From positions 54,746,001-54,810,000 of the forward strand of contig NC_042998.1 in NCBI RefSeq assembly GCF_006345805.1: a DNA stretch of 64,000 nucleotides, given 5' to 3'. The stretch comes from Octopus sinensis (Eukaryota). A model generated the notes under the pieces. It did not search any database. It worked only from the letters and a program-made list of their open reading frames with translations, and was not told the DNA's origin. The position numbers and the translations under genes are program-made. Positions 37,838 through 50,280 of the stretch are shown in pieces; positions within the stretch are counted from its first letter, which is position 1, and every line of letters begins with the position of its first letter.

Positions 37838-37898
37838 GCCGCTGAAGAGGGGAAAATTTTCTTATGAATTAACCCCAAAATTGGACCAATACGGTAAT
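37838..37898 (+). ncRNA. Hammerhead ribozyme copy with G12A core change (probably inactive)
   Basis: Same fold as 37372-37432, but the core reads CCCC-AAAA instead of CCC-GAAA. Confidence 0.6.
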
Positions 37899-38046
37899 AA
37901 CAAATTTTTTAGAGATTTCTATCGGTTTGTTTCGAGACGCATAAATTATAATGGCTATCGTCAATTTTTTTGTTTCGGCATATTTGGCATTAGAATTTTT
38001 ATTCTGCCCTTATCTTGTAAATTATGTATATATATATATATATATA

Positions 38047-38349
38047 TCTGTAAATTAATATGTTACCATTATTCAATAGCCAAGATAAAACTCTGAGTTT
38101 CGGATGCCGAAGTGGAAATCCACAACACCATCTCTTCGGTTATCTGGCCATCTGAAAAACACTTTGAAAAAAAAAAAATAATAACCGAAGAGATGGTGTT
38201 GTGGATTTCCACTTCAGCATCTGAAACTCAGAGTTTTATCTTGGCTATTGAATAATAATGGTAACATATTAATTTACAGATAAATTTCCTCTATTTACAT
38301 AATATTGAGGTCTCTTTCTTTCTTTTGTTATCTTACTGTTTTTACCAAT
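38047..38349. mobile_element. Second (TA)n-flanked fold-back family with hammerhead motifs
   Basis: Inverted arms of about 95 bp at 38047-38141 and 38183-38280. A single copy of the same family lies at 45487-45620. Confidence 0.8.
38079..38148 (-). ncRNA. Minimal type I hammerhead (U4C variant)
   Basis: GCCAGAUAA CCGAAGA GAUG-...-CAUC-C GAAAC UCAGA GUU|UUAUC-U-UGGC. Stem III loop is palindromic (ACUC-A-GAGU). Mirror copy on + at 38180-38245. Confidence 0.6.
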
Positions 38350-39060
38350 ATATATATATATATGTATGTGTTTGTGTGTGTGTGTCCCCCAACATCGCTT
38401 GACAACCGATGGTAGTGTGTTTATGTCCCCTTAACTTAGCAGTTCGGCAAAAGAGACCAATAGAATAAGTACTTGGTTTACAAAGAATAAGTCCTGGGAT
38501 TGATTTGCTCGACTAAAGGCGGTGCTCCAGCATGGCCACAGTCAAATGACTGAAACAAGTAAAAGAGTAAAAGAGTAATCCTAGCCAATCTACATCCATA
38601 TTATCCAATGTCTACTTCCATTCTTGAAAATGACTGTTGTGATTTGAGATAGATTTGTACAGTCAAATGACTGTTTAGAGGCTCCCTTTATGCATGGCAG
38701 TTTCTGAAAGTATATTAAATTGCAATTCAACCTAAATAATAGTAGCTTTACTTATAATCCTTTCAATTTGGGATTATGTTACTGGAAGACGATAAGGACT
38801 TCTTTTTTTTTTTTTTTTTTTTCTAAATTTGTTTCTCCGTACCAAAAAGAGAAGTTACTTTCATCTTTCTGAAACGCCACACATTCTTCTGAGTTTGGAT
38901 CATGATTTTTGCATTACTGAAAATGTTGTGATTTGAGGGAGATTTAGCTACTATTTCCAGCATATCAGGCAACTGTATAAAGGCTTTCTCATTGTTTTGT
39001 GTGATAGGGCTGTTTTTGCATTGCTCTTGGAAATTGTATGAAAATTTAACTCTTGCTCTC

Positions 39061-39179
<119 letters not shown>

Positions 39180-39354
39180 CATCCATCTGTTTTATCTATC
39201 TGACCATAGATACTAACCTTCATGGTTATAAGTTATGACGTTTTTTTTTTATATATTTACATGGTCATCCCACTGTACAAACTTCAGCAAGTGTTTTCTG
39301 TTGTAATTTGCTAGTGATATTTGATAGATGGAAACTATATGGAAGCCCATCATA

Positions 39355-39745
39355 TTTATATGTGTGAGTGTGGTTAAAATACTCTGCTTCCCAACCATGT
39401 GGTCTTGGGTTCAGTTCCACTGTGTCTAACTTTGGACAAGTGTCTTCTATTATAAACATTGGGCTAAAACCATGTGTTTCAATTTGGTTTATCAGAAACT
39501 GTATGGAATCCCATTGTGTGTACATGCGCATGCACCTGTCATTATATTGTGTTTATCCTCCCTCCCCACTGCCTTTTATCAATTTGTGTTGGTTTATTTA
39601 TGCCTCCGTAACTTAGCAGTTCAGCAAAAGAGACTGAGAGAATAAGTATCAGACTTAAAAAAAAAAAAGGTACGGGGGTCAATTTGTTTGATTAAACCAT
39701 GCAAGGTACTGCTCCAGCATGACCACACTCCATTGACAGTAACAA
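39355..39745 (+). mobile_element. Family B SINE (diverged)
   Basis: Head, CORE-like block and tail are recognisable. Confidence 0.75.
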
Positions 39746-39959
39746 GCAAAGCATAAAAGACATGCAAGCTGAAAAGGCTGTAACATCCCCATGTCACTCT
39801 TGCTGTGAAAATTGCAGTAAACTAGTGATTGCTCTGCTTTCAGGCTTAGCTTAAGGTATTTTCACGCCCGACATCACAAAATGCGTCTGAATAAACATTA
39901 CCAGACAGCAAATAGAGACTCGGACTTTGTTTAGAAAATATTTTTCATTTTTAACCTTG

Positions 39960-40400
39960 TATATAATAATGAAATTATTGTATACAGTGCTCAGGTGCAC
40001 CACAACTTGTCAGAAAGTGCGTATAGAGTATATGCAGTAATGTACAAATGTCTGGAAAGCAAACAATGTATGAGTCAGATACATGCTTGTGTGTGTATGG
40101 AGGGGAGAAAATCAGGTGTAGTGTTGGCGAATCTCAGAAAGCATGGAAGTTTTGAAGGATGCAGTGCTCCGACAACTAACAACTGATGCCGGCAGTTTGT
40201 TCCATGCTTCAGCAACTCTCAGCATGAAAAAATGTTTCCTAAAGTCATGGGACCTGTGCTGTTTTCTGACTTTGTAAATATGTCTACGGGTGTTAGACGG
40301 GTGGAGTTTGAAAAGGTGCTCAGAGTTATTGTTTGTAAGATGGTTGAAAATTTTATAGTACGCACTAGGGAATTTGGGGGAAAATATGCAGATTATACTC
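39960..40400 (-). mobile_element. CR1 3' fragment, same family as 16400-20466
   Basis: Reverse complement of gtctaacacccgtagacat...gttgctgaagcatggaac...gtgcacctgagcactgtatacaataatt. Confidence 0.85.
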
Positions 40401-40785
40401 GAGGATTTATGGTTATATTATGAAAAATTATGAACAGTACAATACATCAATAAGAAAACTAAAACAACAGAATACATGTAAATAAATGAAATAATAAGCA
40501 TAAATTTTGTATTTGGTTTGCAAGATTCTTTATGTGAATTCGTGTGTTGAAGCATAAATGTGTCTGAAAAAAACAAAAAAAAAATGTACTGAAAGACGAT
40601 CTCTGATTGGCTATTGCAGTTCAAAATCAACCATTCACATTTGTCTCATCAGGCCCAATAAATTGGCCTCAAAGTCCTTTCAGATTGTATCCCTTGGGCC
40701 GATCAATTGGCCCAGAGTTAAATACTTAAGGGTTTTAAAAGATTTAAAAAGAGAGAAATAGATATAATGGAAATAAGCATAACGC

Positions 40786-40948
40786 AGGCGCAGGAGTGGC
40801 TGTGTGGTAAGTAGCTTGCTTACAAACCACATGGTTCCGGGTTCAGTCTCACTGCGTGGCACCTTGGGCAAGTGTCTTCTACTATAGCCTTGGGCCGACC
40901 AAAGCCTTGTGAGTGGATTTGGTAGACGGAAACTGAAAGAAGCCCGTC

Positions 40949-40984
<36 letters not shown>

Positions 40985-41190
40985 CTGTGTTTGTCCCCCT
41001 AGCATTGCTTGACAACCGATGCTGGTGTATTTATGTCCCCGTTACTTAGCGGTTTTTTGGCAAAATAGACCGATAGAATAAGTACTGGGCTTACAAAAGA
41101 ATAAGTCCCGGGGTCGAGTTGCTCGACTAGAGGCGGTGCTCCAGCATGGCCACAGTCAACTGACTGAAACAAGTAAAAAGAGTAAAGAGT
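40786..41190 (+). mobile_element. Full-length family B SINE
   Basis: Starts ggcgcaggagtggctgtgtgg and ends aagagtaaagagt. Confidence 0.92.
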
Positions 41191-42216
41191 ATAACAGGTA
41201 TTAGAGAGTTATGTTAGCTGAGACATACTTGGTAACATTAGAAGAAGAACTGAAGTTATTTCTTGTTTTTTTTTTTGTTCTATTTTCTCTTGTTTTTACT
41301 CCCCAATACATAGCTGCCCACATATCATGCCATTACATTGGTAGAACACTGCTAACAAGAATGCCCAGCACTACATCTTTGCTCAAGTTACTACTGCTTG
41401 GCCTTCTACAAGAACAATGCTGGCTTCTCCTGACATTTGTACAAAGACTTAAGGATACAGTTAATTTACTGCACTCCCTTACCAGCTTATCTCTTCACAT
41501 TTAACTGTTGTTATCATCATAAATCTCTTTAGTAAAAATAAGTCCCCACCCTCTCACAACTGTCAGTTTTCTTTTGTTATTGCCCTTTATTTATTTTATA
41601 TATATATATATATGTGTGTGTGTGTCTGTGTGTATTTCTTTTTCTGTTCTAACTGATTAGAACCAGTGGTTTTGTTGATGTCTATTGCATTTGTATTCTT
41701 TATTCCTCTTGTTGTTGTTGTTTTTTTTTTACTATCCCTTTATTGAATGTGTTTTGCATCTAACTTGTGTTTATATCTTTCCTGGCCGGGCCTCCTTTTT
41801 GTTTATAATCATTTATTATAATTTTTTTTCTTTTTTTTTTAACACTGTGACAGATATTTCTTTCTGTAATCACTGTACATTACCTGACAAGATGGATTCC
41901 TTTATAATATTCCTATAATGGAATAAGTTAGTGTACTGTGAGAAGAAGATCCTGAAGTTTCAACTGCAGGCTCCTAATATTTCAGAAGCTGGTCCTTTCT
42001 TTGGTTTAAAAAAAAAAAAAAAGTATTTTCATAGGTGTAGGCATGGCTGTGTGGGTAAGAAGCTTGCTTCCAGCCACATGGTTCCAGGTTCGTTCCCACT
42101 GCATGACTTTTGGGCAAATGTCTTTGACTTTAGCCCAAGGTTTGATCAAAGCCTTGTGAGTGGACTTAGTAGACAGGAACTGAAAGAAGCCTGTCGTGTG
42201 CATGTGCGTATGTATA

Positions 42217-42288
<72 letters not shown>

Positions 42289-42298
42289 TATATATATA

Positions 42299-42671
42299 TT
42301 CTCTTATTCTTTTACGTGTTTCAGTCATTTGACTTGAGGCCATGCTGGAGCACTGCCTTGAAGGGTTTTTAGTTGAAGGAATCAGCCCTAAGATTTATTC
42401 TTTCTAAGCCTAGTACTTAGCCTATTGTTTCTTTTGCTGAACCGCTAGGTTACAGAGACATAAACACACCAACTTCGGTTGTCAAGTGATGGTGGGGGAC
42501 AGACACACACACAAACATAAATATATATACATATATATGAGTGAGTGGACAAATGAAAGAAGGGCACTCAGCACATTTATTGGGTGTTACATGTATGGAT
42601 CACAACAGTTTGATACAAATTCCTTCGTACTTTAAGTTTCAAAGCATGATGCTAATCCTTAGCCTTTGGAA

Positions 42672-42702
<31 letters not shown>

Positions 42703-43104
42703 TTATATATATTCTCTTATTCTTTTACGTGTTTCAGTCATTTGACTTGAGGCCATGCTGGAGCACTGCCTTGAAGGGTTTTTAGTTGAAGGAATCAGCC
42801 CTAAGATTTATTCTTTCTAAGCCTAGTACTTAGCCTATTGTTTCTTTTGCTGAACCGCTAGGTTACAGAGACATAAACACACCAACTTCGGTTGTCAAGT
42901 GATGGTGGGGGACAGACACACACACACAAACATAAATATATATACATATATATGAGTGAGTGGACAAATGAAAGAAGGGCACTCAGCACATTTATTGGGT
43001 GTTACATGTATGGATCACAACAGTTTGATACAAATTCCTTCGTACTTTAAGTTTCAAAGCATGATGCTAATCCTTAGCCTTTGGAAATATATATATATAT
43101 ATAT
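42299..43104. repeat. About 414-bp near-perfect tandem duplication
   Basis: 42299-42711 is nearly identical to 42712-43104 (SINE 3' half plus unique DNA). Breakpoints lie in (TA)n. Confidence 0.92.
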
Positions 43105-44765
43105 CTCATCATCATCATTTAGCGTCCGCTTTCCATGCTAGCATGGGTTGGACGGTTCAACTGGGGTCTTTGAAGCCAGAAGGCTGCATCAGGCCCAGTC
43201 TGATCTGGCAGTGTTTCTACGGCTGGATGCCCTTCCTAACGCCAACCACTCCGTGAGTGTAGTGGATGCTTTGTATGTGCCACCTGCACAGGTGCCAGAC
43301 GGAGCTGGCAAACGGCCACGGACGGATGGTGCTTTTTACGTGCCACCGGCACGGGGGCCAGGCGAGGCTGGCAATGGCCACGAACGGATGGTGCTTTTTA
43401 CGTGCCACCGGCACGGAGGCCAGTCGGGGCGGCGCTGGCAACGGCCACGATCGGATGGTTCGCTTACTTGTCACCGGCACTGGTATCACAGCTGCAATTT
43501 CCATTGATGTTGATTGACTTCGATTTTGGTTCTGCTCTCTGATATCTGATTTGATTTGGTTTGATTTTGATTTTGATTTTCACTTGCCTCAATGGGTCTT
43601 CACAAGTGGAGTTTTGTGTCCCAAGAAGGAAAGGTATGTATAAGTTGACTGGCTACATACCAGGTAGAGGCCATGGGTTATGGTCTCACTAGTCTTGCCG
43701 GGTCTTCTCACGTACAGCATACGTCCATAGGTCTCAGTCTCTAGTCATTTCCTTGGTGAGATCTAAAGTTCGAAGGTCATGCTTCACCACCTCGTCCCAG
43801 GTTTTCCTGGGTCTACCTCTCCACAGGTTCCCTCAACCGCTCGGGTGTGGCATTTTTGCACACAACTATCTTCAGCCATTCTCGTCACATGACCATACCA
43901 GCGCAGTCTCTCTTGCACACCACCACTGATGCTTCTTAGGTCCAACTTTTCTCTCAAGGTACTTACACTCTGTCGATTATGAACACTGACATTACACATC
44001 CATCAGAGCATACTGGCTTCATTTCTTGCGAGCTTACGTATATCCTCAGCAGTCAGGGCCCATGTTTCACTACCATGTAGCATGGCTGTTCGTACACATG
44101 CATCATACAGTCTGCCTTTTACTCTGAGTGAGAGGCCTTTTGTCACCAGCAGGGGTAAGAGCTCTCTGAACTTTGCCAATGCTATTCTTACTCTAGCAGT
44201 TACACTTTCAGCACACCCACCCCCACTACTGACTTGGTCACCTAGGTAACGGAAGCTATCAACTACTTCTAGTTTTTCTCCCTGGAACGTGGTAGAAGTT
44301 GGTCTCTGCACATTTTCAGTGTTTATTGCTCCTGAGCATCTGCCACAGACAAAAACTATTTTCCTAGTTAGCCTTCCTTTGACATTGCTGCACCTCTTAT
44401 GTGTCCATAGCTTACACTTGGTGCACCTTATAGAGTTTCTACCTACACCTTTTTTACAGATCGAGCAGGGCCATCTACCTGAAGGCGTTTGTGATTGGTC
44501 TACCTTCCTACTTATTAGGACTTTGGTTTTGGCTAGGTTGATTTTAAGGCCCTTCGATTCTAATCCTTGCTTCCACACCTGAAACTTCTCCTCCAGTTAT
44601 GATAGTGACTCAGCAATTAGAGCAAGGTCATCAGCATAGAGGAGCTCCCAAGGGCATCCTGTCTTGAATTCCTCCGTTATTGCCTGGAGGACTATGATAA
44701 ATAGGAGGGGACTGAGGACTGAACCTTGGTGGACCCCAACCTCTACCCGGAATTCTTCACGGTAA
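43105..44765 (-). mobile_element. 5'-truncated RTE LINE with RT core, PHD finger and long 3' UTR
   Basis: GVHQGSVLSPLLF...LLYADD...GLKINLAKTKVL, then CSIC...CTKC-x4-H-x2-C...CGRC, FRYLG, MLHGSETW and LRWYGHV, with a (GAT)n tail. Confidence 0.95.
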
Positions 44766-44786
44766 TCGTTGCATATATATATATAT

Positions 44787-45092
44787 CACGTGATCACGTG
44801 ACCGACCAGACCATCAGATGTTGTTACACACCACTGGTCACAATGCGTTCGCATTGTTTTAGCCTTCAAATGATGCCACCCCGCCGGCTAAGTGAGCAGG
44901 CTAACCGAAGAAAGAGTGAGAGAAAGTTGTGGCAAAAGAGTACAGCAGGGATCGCCACCGCCCTGCCGGAGCCTCATGGAGCTTTAGGTGTTTTCGCTCA
45001 ATAAACACTCACAACGCCCATTCTGGGAATCGAAACCGCGATCCTACGACCGCGAGTCCGCTGCCCTAACCACTAGGCCATTGCACCTCCAT
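44787..45092 (-). mobile_element. Family D SINE
   Basis: Minus strand ggaggtgcaatggcctagtggttagggcagcggactcgcggtcgtaggatcgcggtttcgattccc. Confidence 0.85.
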
Positions 45093-45519
45093 ATATATAT
45101 ATAAACATCCGGACAAGTAGGTGATACAAAAAGGGACAACAAAACATCCAGATAGACGATGCAAGCAAACAAGGATGGGTCATTCAAAGCTTTCTATCCT
45201 CAGTTAAGAACCGGATCATCCTTGCAATTTCAGCTGATTAATCTTGAGATTGCTCCAGTCTGGCCAGCCCCTAGGAAAAACTAAGCTAAGAGCATTGTAC
45301 ATACATACATGATGGGCTTCTTTCAGATTCCGTCTACCAAATCCACTCACAGGGCTTTGGTCACCCCAAGGCTATAGTAGAAGACACTTGCCCAAGATGC
45401 CATGCAGTGGGACTGAACCTGGAAAAATGTGGTTGTGAAGCAAGCTTCTTTCCACACAGCCATGCCTGTGCATCGATATATATATATCTGTAAATATAAT
45501 ATGTGACAATTATTTGGTA

Positions 45520-45589
45520 GCCATGATAAAAATCCGAGTTTCGGATGCTGAGGTGGAAATCCACGCCGCCATCTCTTCAGTTATCTGGC
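45520..45589 (-). ncRNA. Minimal hammerhead, family of 38079 (CUGAAGA intact, 16.2 changed)
   Basis: GCCAGAUAA CUGAAGA GAUG...CAUC-C GAAAC UCGGA UUU UUAUC. Confidence 0.55.
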
Positions 45590-45649
45590 CATCGGAAAAA
45601 TGCTATGAAAAATATAATATATATTATTTGAAAAATATAATATATATAT

Positions 45650-45714
<65 letters not shown>

Positions 45715-45744
45715 TATCATATATATCATATATATATCATATAT

Positions 45745-46060
45745 ATCATCATCATCATCATCATCATCATCGTTTAACGTCCGTTTTCCGCGCTAGCACG
45801 GGTTGGACGGTTTCGACCGGGGTCTGGGGAGCCAGGGGCTGCCCCAGGCTCCAGTCTGGTCTGGCAGTGTTTCTACAGCTTGATGCCCTTCCTAACGCCA
45901 ACCACTCCGCGAGTGTAGTGGGTGCTTTTTACGTGCCACCTGCACAGGTGCCAGAGGGGTCTGGCATCGGCCACGGTCGGTTGGTGCTTTTTATGTGCCA
46001 CCTGCACAGAAGCCAGTCGGGGCGGTGCTGGCATCGGCCACGTTCGGATGGTGCTTTTAA
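45745..46060 (-). mobile_element. RTE 3' UTR fragment
   Basis: (CAT)n-cgtttaacgtccg... with ggtgctttttacgtgccacc subrepeats. Confidence 0.88.
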
Positions 46061-46680
46061 TGTGGGGGGGTGCAGAAATATAGGGGAGCACCAGTGGGGA
46101 GGGGTGGTTCAGAGAAATGGTGACAGGTTCTAGGCAAGTAGAACGTAGGATATCAAGAGAAGGGTAATGCATGGTGAAATAGCGTATTGAGGAGGGGGGT
46201 TCGAAGAGTAGAGACCTATAATGGTGGTGGGAGAAGCGACATCCGGTATAGATGGAGCAAAAATATAGATATAGAGATATAGAGATATCCGGTATTGGTG
46301 GTGGGGGTGGGCAGGGCGGGTGCACCGCGAATATGTGAAGGTTGATATAGACGAGAGAGCGAGACTTGGTCGGGCAGAATTAATAGAGGAGAAATGGAGA
46401 AATTAGATAAAATAGTTAGATAGATAAAAAACAACAGATAAAAAAACATGTATGATTGGTCGAGAAGTGAAAATAAGCATTCAAACTTATCTGTGCTCGG
46501 GATTATAGCTGCTAGGTGAATGAGAGCGCACATGTTGGGGCTGCCTTTTAAGTAAAAAGTTGACTGGAAGAGGAATTTTTGGACAAGGCGGAAGTGTATT
46601 AAAGGAAACAGACTTCAAGATGGCGAAGATTGATAGACGAGAGAATACGCGAAGGTTGATATAGACGAGAGAGCGAGACT
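46060..46680 (-). mobile_element. Possible decayed Penelope-like RT C-terminal fragment
   Basis: Weak motifs HPHH, FTMHYP..I.R and PLVLPYI. About 40-bp direct repeat at 46330 and 46645. Ends in (TA)n. Confidence 0.3.
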
Positions 46681-47463
46681 TGATATATATATATATATAT
46701 ATTGTAAGTTTGGATTTTATTCCCTCAAATAATAATTATATATATATATATGTATGTATATATCCTATTTATTAATGCTAAAAAAAAATGTGCTCTAAGA
46801 TTTTTTCAGCTTTAATAAACATTATATTACTCTGCATTTAGCATTCAAGTACTATTTTTCCACCTTGTTTTTCATTTTATGTGCTTGCTTGTGTGTGTTT
46901 CTGTGTGCGTGTGTGTGTGTATCTGTGTATTTGTGTTTGTCCCTTCCATCACTTGGCCATCACTCTGCTGCTTTGCCTACATTGCTGTATATTAATGGTT
47001 TAGCAATAAGAGACCGACAGAATAAGTACGGGCTTTAAAAATAAGTACTGGAGTCGATTTGGTCAATTACACCTGTCAAGACAATGTCCTAGCACATCTG
47101 CAGTTCTAAGACTGAAACACAAGAGATACAAACCACTATTTGCCAAAATTTGTAAGGAAATAGATGTATGTATTTCTTATGCTTTGTTGTGCTATTTTAT
47201 GAATGTTTTCAGTGAGAGATATATCTAAAGACAAATTGGCATATCTACTTATGCAGCATTGACCTAAACATTCATAATCAGTGCTTTTGGCCATTTTAGT
47301 ATTAAGTTGGGTTGCAAATAAGCTTTATCAATCCAAGCACCAAATTAACCTATTACTAGATCTGTTTTTGTCACGAGGCTGTGAAAAATAATTGAAATAT
47401 CTGTGATATTCCTTGAGTTCAATCTATCTGGATTTACTAATGTATTTACTTGTTTGTTTCTAG

Positions 47464-48485
47464 GTCACAATTTGCAACATATGAAAGGACTATGAACCTT
47501 AACCAGTATGTTAAAAAAAAGCGCAAATGTAATTATGAACAGTACACTTCAAGTTCTGATGAAGAGGATCTGGAAGAAACTAAAAGATTGTCTGAAATAA
47601 ATCAAGCTAAAAAAATTCGGTGTGCTGATTCCAACCATAAATCTGAAAAAAATGATGCAGACGTCAAGCTCACATTGAAAGAGGACAGGATATTAGATGC
47701 CAAACTGCCTAACTCGAGTGCCAGTACTAATCAAAATGAATCTGCTAGTAGTAATGAAAACTCTTTAAGGAATTCTGAGACTGGAGTATGTTCTGAGAAG
47801 ACTGTACGGCAAACTAACTTAACTCATCTAATAAATACTTTAGGAAATAATGATATTGAAATGAAGTGTAATAAAAAGGACAAGCTTGATGTAAATTGTG
47901 GAAATGGAGAAGTTGCTGAGAATATCGAGTCACTAACAATTGAAAATAAAAGCAATGTGATCAAGATGAAAGAATGCATGGATGTGAACGATTTGCCTCT
48001 TGTGGAAAATTATTCGCAGAGGAATTTGTACGCGGGAAGTGTTGATGACTTAAATGATTGTGATTCTACAGGTATGAATACAAGCCACCGTAGTTGGGAT
48101 TTTAGTGAATATAATATACCTAACATCGGTGGCCAGCTGTTAGTGCATTTTACGCCACCAAATGATGACATAGTAACCGCACTTTTAGGAGAACCTTTAC
48201 AATCAAGAGAGCATATTTTTAATGTCCAAGAATATCGAGAGACTGTAATGTGTCGGCATAAATATTTCCGCACAACACAGCACTGTTTATTCAGAAATGA
48301 ACCTTTGAAATATTCTTTTCAGAAGCCAACTGGCAAATCTAAAAGTTATGCTAAAAATTGGTCAGAATATAAAAGAATAATGGAAAAAGAGACGGTACAA
48401 AAACAAAATACATTTTCATCTCTCAGATTCCTTTGGGAAGATGATGTCAAACCATTATTATCTCCTGAAGATAACTTGTCTACAG
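47464..48485 (+). CDS. TSEN54: TSEN54 coding exon 6 (large exon with low-complexity middle)
   Basis: Acceptor ttgtttgtttctag, donor ACAG|GTCAGT, 1022 nt open, phase 2-1. YERxMNL, WDFS, NWSEYK and LWEDDVKPLLSP match Sen54. Confidence 0.92.
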
Positions 48486-49239
48486 GTCAGTAATGTTTTT
48501 CTTCCCTTATTTTTGTATTGTGTTCAATTAGTAGTTTTATCTTTCAATAGATGGTAACTTAGACAAGTGTCTTCTACTTACTACAACTTCATCATCATCA
48601 TCGTTTAACGTCCGTTTCCCATGCTAGCATGGGTTGGACGGTTCGACCAGGGTCTGGGGAGCCAGGAGGCTGCACATGCCCTTCTGTGACTAATAACTTG
48701 TGAGTGAAGTTTGAAGTATGAAATCTGTACAGAAGTTTGACTGAATAGGAGATAACCTCTCCAAAATGCATGAATCCATCAATCTGGTTAGGGGGTGCTC
48801 CAGACTGACTTGGTGTGATTCATCTTTTTGTTCACAGCAAGAATTTTTTCTCTTTGTGACAAAATGCGGTGAATGAATTACTTATGGATTGGAATATGTT
48901 TGAAGCATATTTGAACTGGTGACAAGTTTATATTTGCTTGCATCACTGCTTACCACTTTCATTTTATATTTTACTATGGCCGGACTGCCATTTAGCTCAA
49001 TCAGTCACAGCACTTTGAATGGAATATAATAAGTGAGACCTCACACTCTAGTAGTCAGCTCGCAGTGCCTCCTTTCTAGTTTTGATTCTGAAGAGGAGAT
49101 AACTACTCTGAAATGCATGCATCCATCAGTCTGGGTAGGGGGTGCTCTAGACTGACTTGGTGTGTTTACACTTTTTTGTCAACATCAAGAATTTTTCAAT
49201 GCCACTGCTTAACACCTTGGACAAATGTCTTCTGCTGGA

Positions 49240-49470
49240 AGGCAGCGAGCTGGCAGAAACGTTAGCACACTGGGCGAAATGCTTAGCGGTATTTCATCTG
49301 TCCTTACATTCTGAGTTCAAATTCTGCCGAGGTCGACTTTGCTTTTCATCCTTACAGGGTCGATAAATTAAGTACCAGTTGTGCACTGAGGTCAATGTAA
49401 TCGACTTAATCCCTTTGTCTGTCCTTGTTTGTCCCTTCTATGTTTAGCCCTTTGTGGGCAATGAAAAAAA
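49240..49470 (+). mobile_element. Family C SINE
   Basis: ggcagcgagctggcagaaacgttagc...gggtcgataaattaagtaccag. Confidence 0.85.
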
Positions 49471-49844
49471 AAAATTTCTTCTGCTGAAGTACAATTATAT
49501 GTATATTGATAATTTATGGTATTGGATGGCTAAATCAATTATCAGACAGAATACCAAGTATTTTCTTACACAACTGGTGTTGGTGTGCTATTACCCCAGT
49601 AACATTGCAGTTCAACAAAAAAGACCAATAGAACCAGGCTTAAAAAGAAAATAAGTACTGGGGTTGATTCATTCAACTAAAATTTTTCAAAATGGTGCCC
49701 CGGCATGGCCACAGTCAAATGACTGAAACAAGTAAAAGATAAAAAAAAACAATGATAGAAGATAGGTATACAATGCAAAACCACCATGCAGACTGTGATA
49801 GTCAGTAAAACAGGAATAAAATTTTAAAATTTATTCTTTCTGTG

Positions 49845-50280
49845 CAGGAGTGGCTGTGTGGTAAGTAGCTTGCTTACCAACCACATGGTTCCTGGTTCAA
49901 TTCCACCGTGTGACACCTTGGGCGTCTTCTGCTATAGCCTTGGTCCAACCAAAGTCTTAAAGCTCATATATGTATATGTGTGTATATATTTATATATGTA
50001 TATATATATGTATATGTGTATATATGTGTGTGTATATATGTATGTATATATGTATGTATGTTTATGTGTTTGTGTTTGTCCCCCCATCATTGTTTGACAA
50101 TCGATGTTGATGTGTCTACGTCCCTGTAACTTAGTGGTTCAGCAAAAGAGACCAATAGAATAAGTACTAGGCTTACAAAGGATAAGTTCTGGTGTTGAGT
50201 TGTTCAACTAAAGGCGGTGCTCCAGCATGACCACAGTCAAGTGACTGAAACAAAATAAAAGAGTAAAAGGGTAAAAGAGT
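49845..50280 (+). mobile_element. Family B SINE
   Basis: Complete structure. Confidence 0.88.

Larger units (their letters stand above)
36862..38030. mobile_element. Penelope-pLTR/retrozyme-like element: inverted partial unit plus two tandem 466-bp units
   Basis: Direct repeat with period 466 (37376 versus 37842). Inverted copy at 36862-37135. Each unit carries a hammerhead motif. Flanked by (TA)n. Confidence 0.8.
36665..38580 (+). mobile_element. Family B SINE split by 1.5 kb of nested elements
   Basis: 5' half at 36665-36861 ends in (TA)n. 3' half resumes after (TA)n at about 38350. Confidence 0.85.

Noticed and set aside
43148-43517. ORFs in RTE 3' UTRs (FLQLDALPNANH-type peptides, also at 55698, 45867, 34245 and 13821)
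   Set aside because: Recurrent translations of a non-coding repeat. Frames are not conserved between copies.
45103-45298. (TA)n-flanked repeat (also 35850-35965) with CUGAGGA/CUGAAGA
   Set aside because: Followed by GAAU rather than GAAA, and I could not pair stems I and III, so it is not called a hammerhead.
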